64,000 nucleotides of DNA from positions 124,622,001 through 124,686,000 of the forward strand of contig NC_058368.1 of the NCBI RefSeq assembly GCF_018350175.1, written 5' to 3'. This DNA is from Felis catus (Eukaryota). Position numbers and translations under genes: made by a program. Below, in pieces: positions 61,562 through 64,000 of the stretch. Numbering within the stretch: the first letter of the stretch is position 1; every line of letters begins with the position of its first letter. The notes beneath the pieces were generated by a model. It worked only from the letters and a program-made list of their open reading frames with translations, was not told the DNA's origin and did no database searches.

Positions 61562-61779
61562 TTATTTTTGTAATGCTTATTTACTTATTTTGAGAGAGAG
61601 ATCATGCATATGCAAGTAGAGGAGGGGCAGAGAGAGAGGGAGGGATAAAGAATCCCAAGCACCCTCCACACTATCAGCACAGAGCCCAACTCAGGGCCCA
61701 AACACATGAATCGCAAGATCATGACCTGAGCCAAAAGCAAGAGTTGGATGCTTAACCAATTGAGCCACCCAGGTGCCCC
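61562..61779 (-). mobile_element. Older-subtype CAN-SINE
   Basis: AGAATCCCAAGCA...CAAGAGTTGGATGCTTAACCAATTGAGCCACCCAGGTGCCCC; short TSD TGACTT. Confidence 0.94.
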
Positions 61780-61847
61780 TGACTTCTAAACTATTACATG
61801 TTTGTGGCATTTTATAATAATGCACTTTGCTGTTTAAGACTTTTAGG

Positions 61848-61853
<6 letters not shown>

Positions 61854-61895
<42 letters not shown>
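61854..61895. repeat. (CA)21 microsatellite
   Basis: Read directly from the sequence. Confidence 0.97.
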
Positions 61896-61897
<2 letters not shown>

Positions 61898-64000
61898 TGT
61901 TCTGATCAGCTTACAACACAAACTGTTAGAAGTCTGCACGTAGACAGAACACCCTAGAGTATGTAAAAGTATGAGATTAAATAAACTCATATAAATTTTA
62001 GATAAACATTGACTCCTTTAAAATAATACCTAGGAAGATACTTATTCTGACAAAAACTCCTCTTTGTTCCTAGAACTAGTTTGTCAGTGGCACATAATAC
62101 AGTGACAGATAAAATGAAACTCATTATTTTATAATTACAATTTTCTTCAACTAGGAAAGATGTTGGCCCAGCTTACAATCAAAATCAAAACCACCCTTAA
62201 GATGATACACCATAACTGAGGCAATTTTAAAATATCCATAATTCAAAAGCATAATTTTTTTAAAAAGTATGGTAAGCAATGGCAGTATTATAGAAATATG
62301 TGACAAGCCTCCCAAGTCATTCTTTGAAAGACGGAATTGCCATTTTTGATAATAAGACCTTTTGTGAATTTTTTTAAAAAGAGAGAAACCCACCCAATCT
62401 CATTCTAGTGTTACTATTCCTCTATCAATGAGAACATTTACACCATGTATCTCACCATCACTCTATGAATAAACCTCTTTAGTTTTTTTAAATAAAATTC
62501 ATATAAAATTTTCCTATTAATAAATTAATATAAATTAGCAAAGAGTTCGGGAAAGAGAGAAAAGTATAAAGAAAATATAATCACCTATTATTCCACCATG
62601 AGAGATTGATCATTTTAAAGGTGAGTTTTCTATATTACCTTAAAAAGAATTATGATGAAGCTGAGATGACCCAGCTGTTTGAGAAATAACATTCAGGAAA
62701 ATTTGCATTTATCTTGTAAAAAATGAACACTGGGGGAGAAAATCAAGTTACAACATTGTCTCTAGAAGTCAGACCTCAACTAATCAATGCAAAGCATATA
62801 AGTGCCTTAGGTGTTACAGATAATTAGCCTTTTATCTGAAGCAGTAGTGCCTTTTCCACCTCAGAGAGTTTTGTGCCACAGAATGCAGCAAACCAAGGGG
62901 TGTTTGTCTTTCCAAGCAAATTGGGTTCAGTAAGACAGAATAGGAAGTACTATTAGCTTTTCCAATACAATTAGAGCCACTGAAACCTTTCATCCGCTGG
63001 CCATGGTCAAATCCAAACAATCCTGCCAACACCTGGACTCCAGAAACAAAAGGCTCTACTCTTCCCAAGGGCCCCAAAGTTTACCTATGAGGACCAAGTT
63101 AAGGAAGAAAGCATTCTTAACAAATAATTTCCACAGCCCTCAAGTCTAAATCTAAGTTTACTATTAATTATTGCAATTATAAGCCAACAAAGGTATATGG
63201 CACCTGAATTCCTCCATCTATATTACTATAAGTCCACATAAAACCAACTGAATGAGCATTTACTCTTTATCATATTTCTGTATTCCTTTGGCCATGGTGA
63301 TGCTCTTTCCCTGTGTCTCAGTCATTGGGCTGAGGGCTGACACTATGAATCTGGAACAAAGTGAGGACCAGTATGGGTTGGAGAGGCAGACCTCAGAGAT
63401 ACCAGCATACAGTGAAGGCTGAAGTAATAGGACTAGATCACAATCCAATGAAGAGTATGTAGAGTAAAAAAGAGGAAAAGACCAAGATGGAGATCTGAGG
63501 AACTCTTAAAGTCTGGCAGGACACAGTGACTGACAAAAAGTAGGGGACAAGGAACAGGGGCATGCACAATGGTATCTGCATTTTGAATGCATACTATATT
63601 ATCATTATTTTTTATAAAAATCTCCTTTATTTTTAATATCTCAATGGCAAGAACTTTGTCTTTTTTTATCTTTGGGTCTTCTTTAGCACCCAGCAGATGC
63701 TTAACTGATACCTACTGAAGAGAGAAAAGAAGAAAACTATAAAAGTAGAGATGAAGGAAAAAATGGAATGGAGGAAGTGGAACTAGGAAGACAGGAAGGA
63801 GATAACCAGCCGGAGATAATACTTCCCCAAGGATTCCCTGCCCAGCCTGCTTGTTATAAACTTAGAACTATGGTGACCAGGTCAGGCTCTGAACCGGAAG
63901 AAACATGGCAAGAAGCTTGGATATGGAGCATTTGAACGCATTTGAATTCACTGATGAGGAAACTCAAGTCAACTCTAGGGGATCAGCCTCCAGAGCAGAG

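Noticed and set aside
1..64000. A previously undescribed multi-gene system
   Set aside because: No intact genes, operon-like organisation, RNA genes or arrays are visible; the structure is explained by known mammalian repeat classes and non-coding sequence.

Overview
This window is mammalian non-coding DNA, not prokaryotic. The 22 tRNA-derived carnivore SINEs, most with cat-type (SINEC_Fc-like) bodies, and two cat-type L1 3' UTRs point to a felid or other feliform genome. It is CpG-poor, AT-rich and dominated by transposon fossils of several ages: old L2, MIR and CR1 fragments; hAT-Charlie MITEs (MER3, MER5, MER113-like, MER117-like); ERVL/MaLR and ERV1-type solo LTRs; ancient L1M pieces; a 2.6 kb carnivore L1; and young SINEs with clear target-site duplications (TSDs). 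I found no intact protein-coding gene, RNA gene, CpG island or CRISPR array. The longer ORFs either derive from repeats or are unrecognisable, so the window is a large intron or intergenic DNA. I cannot support a new biological system here. The best leads are a 44-bp candidate exon with consensus splice sites (61397-61440), an AP-1 plus CArG enhancer candidate (19500-19640), tightly spaced inverted SINE pairs that could form dsRNA, and an identical 8-bp deletion in two neighbouring SINEs of different subtypes. Repeat family names come from remembered consensus sequences, not a database search, and boundaries of old repeats are approximate.
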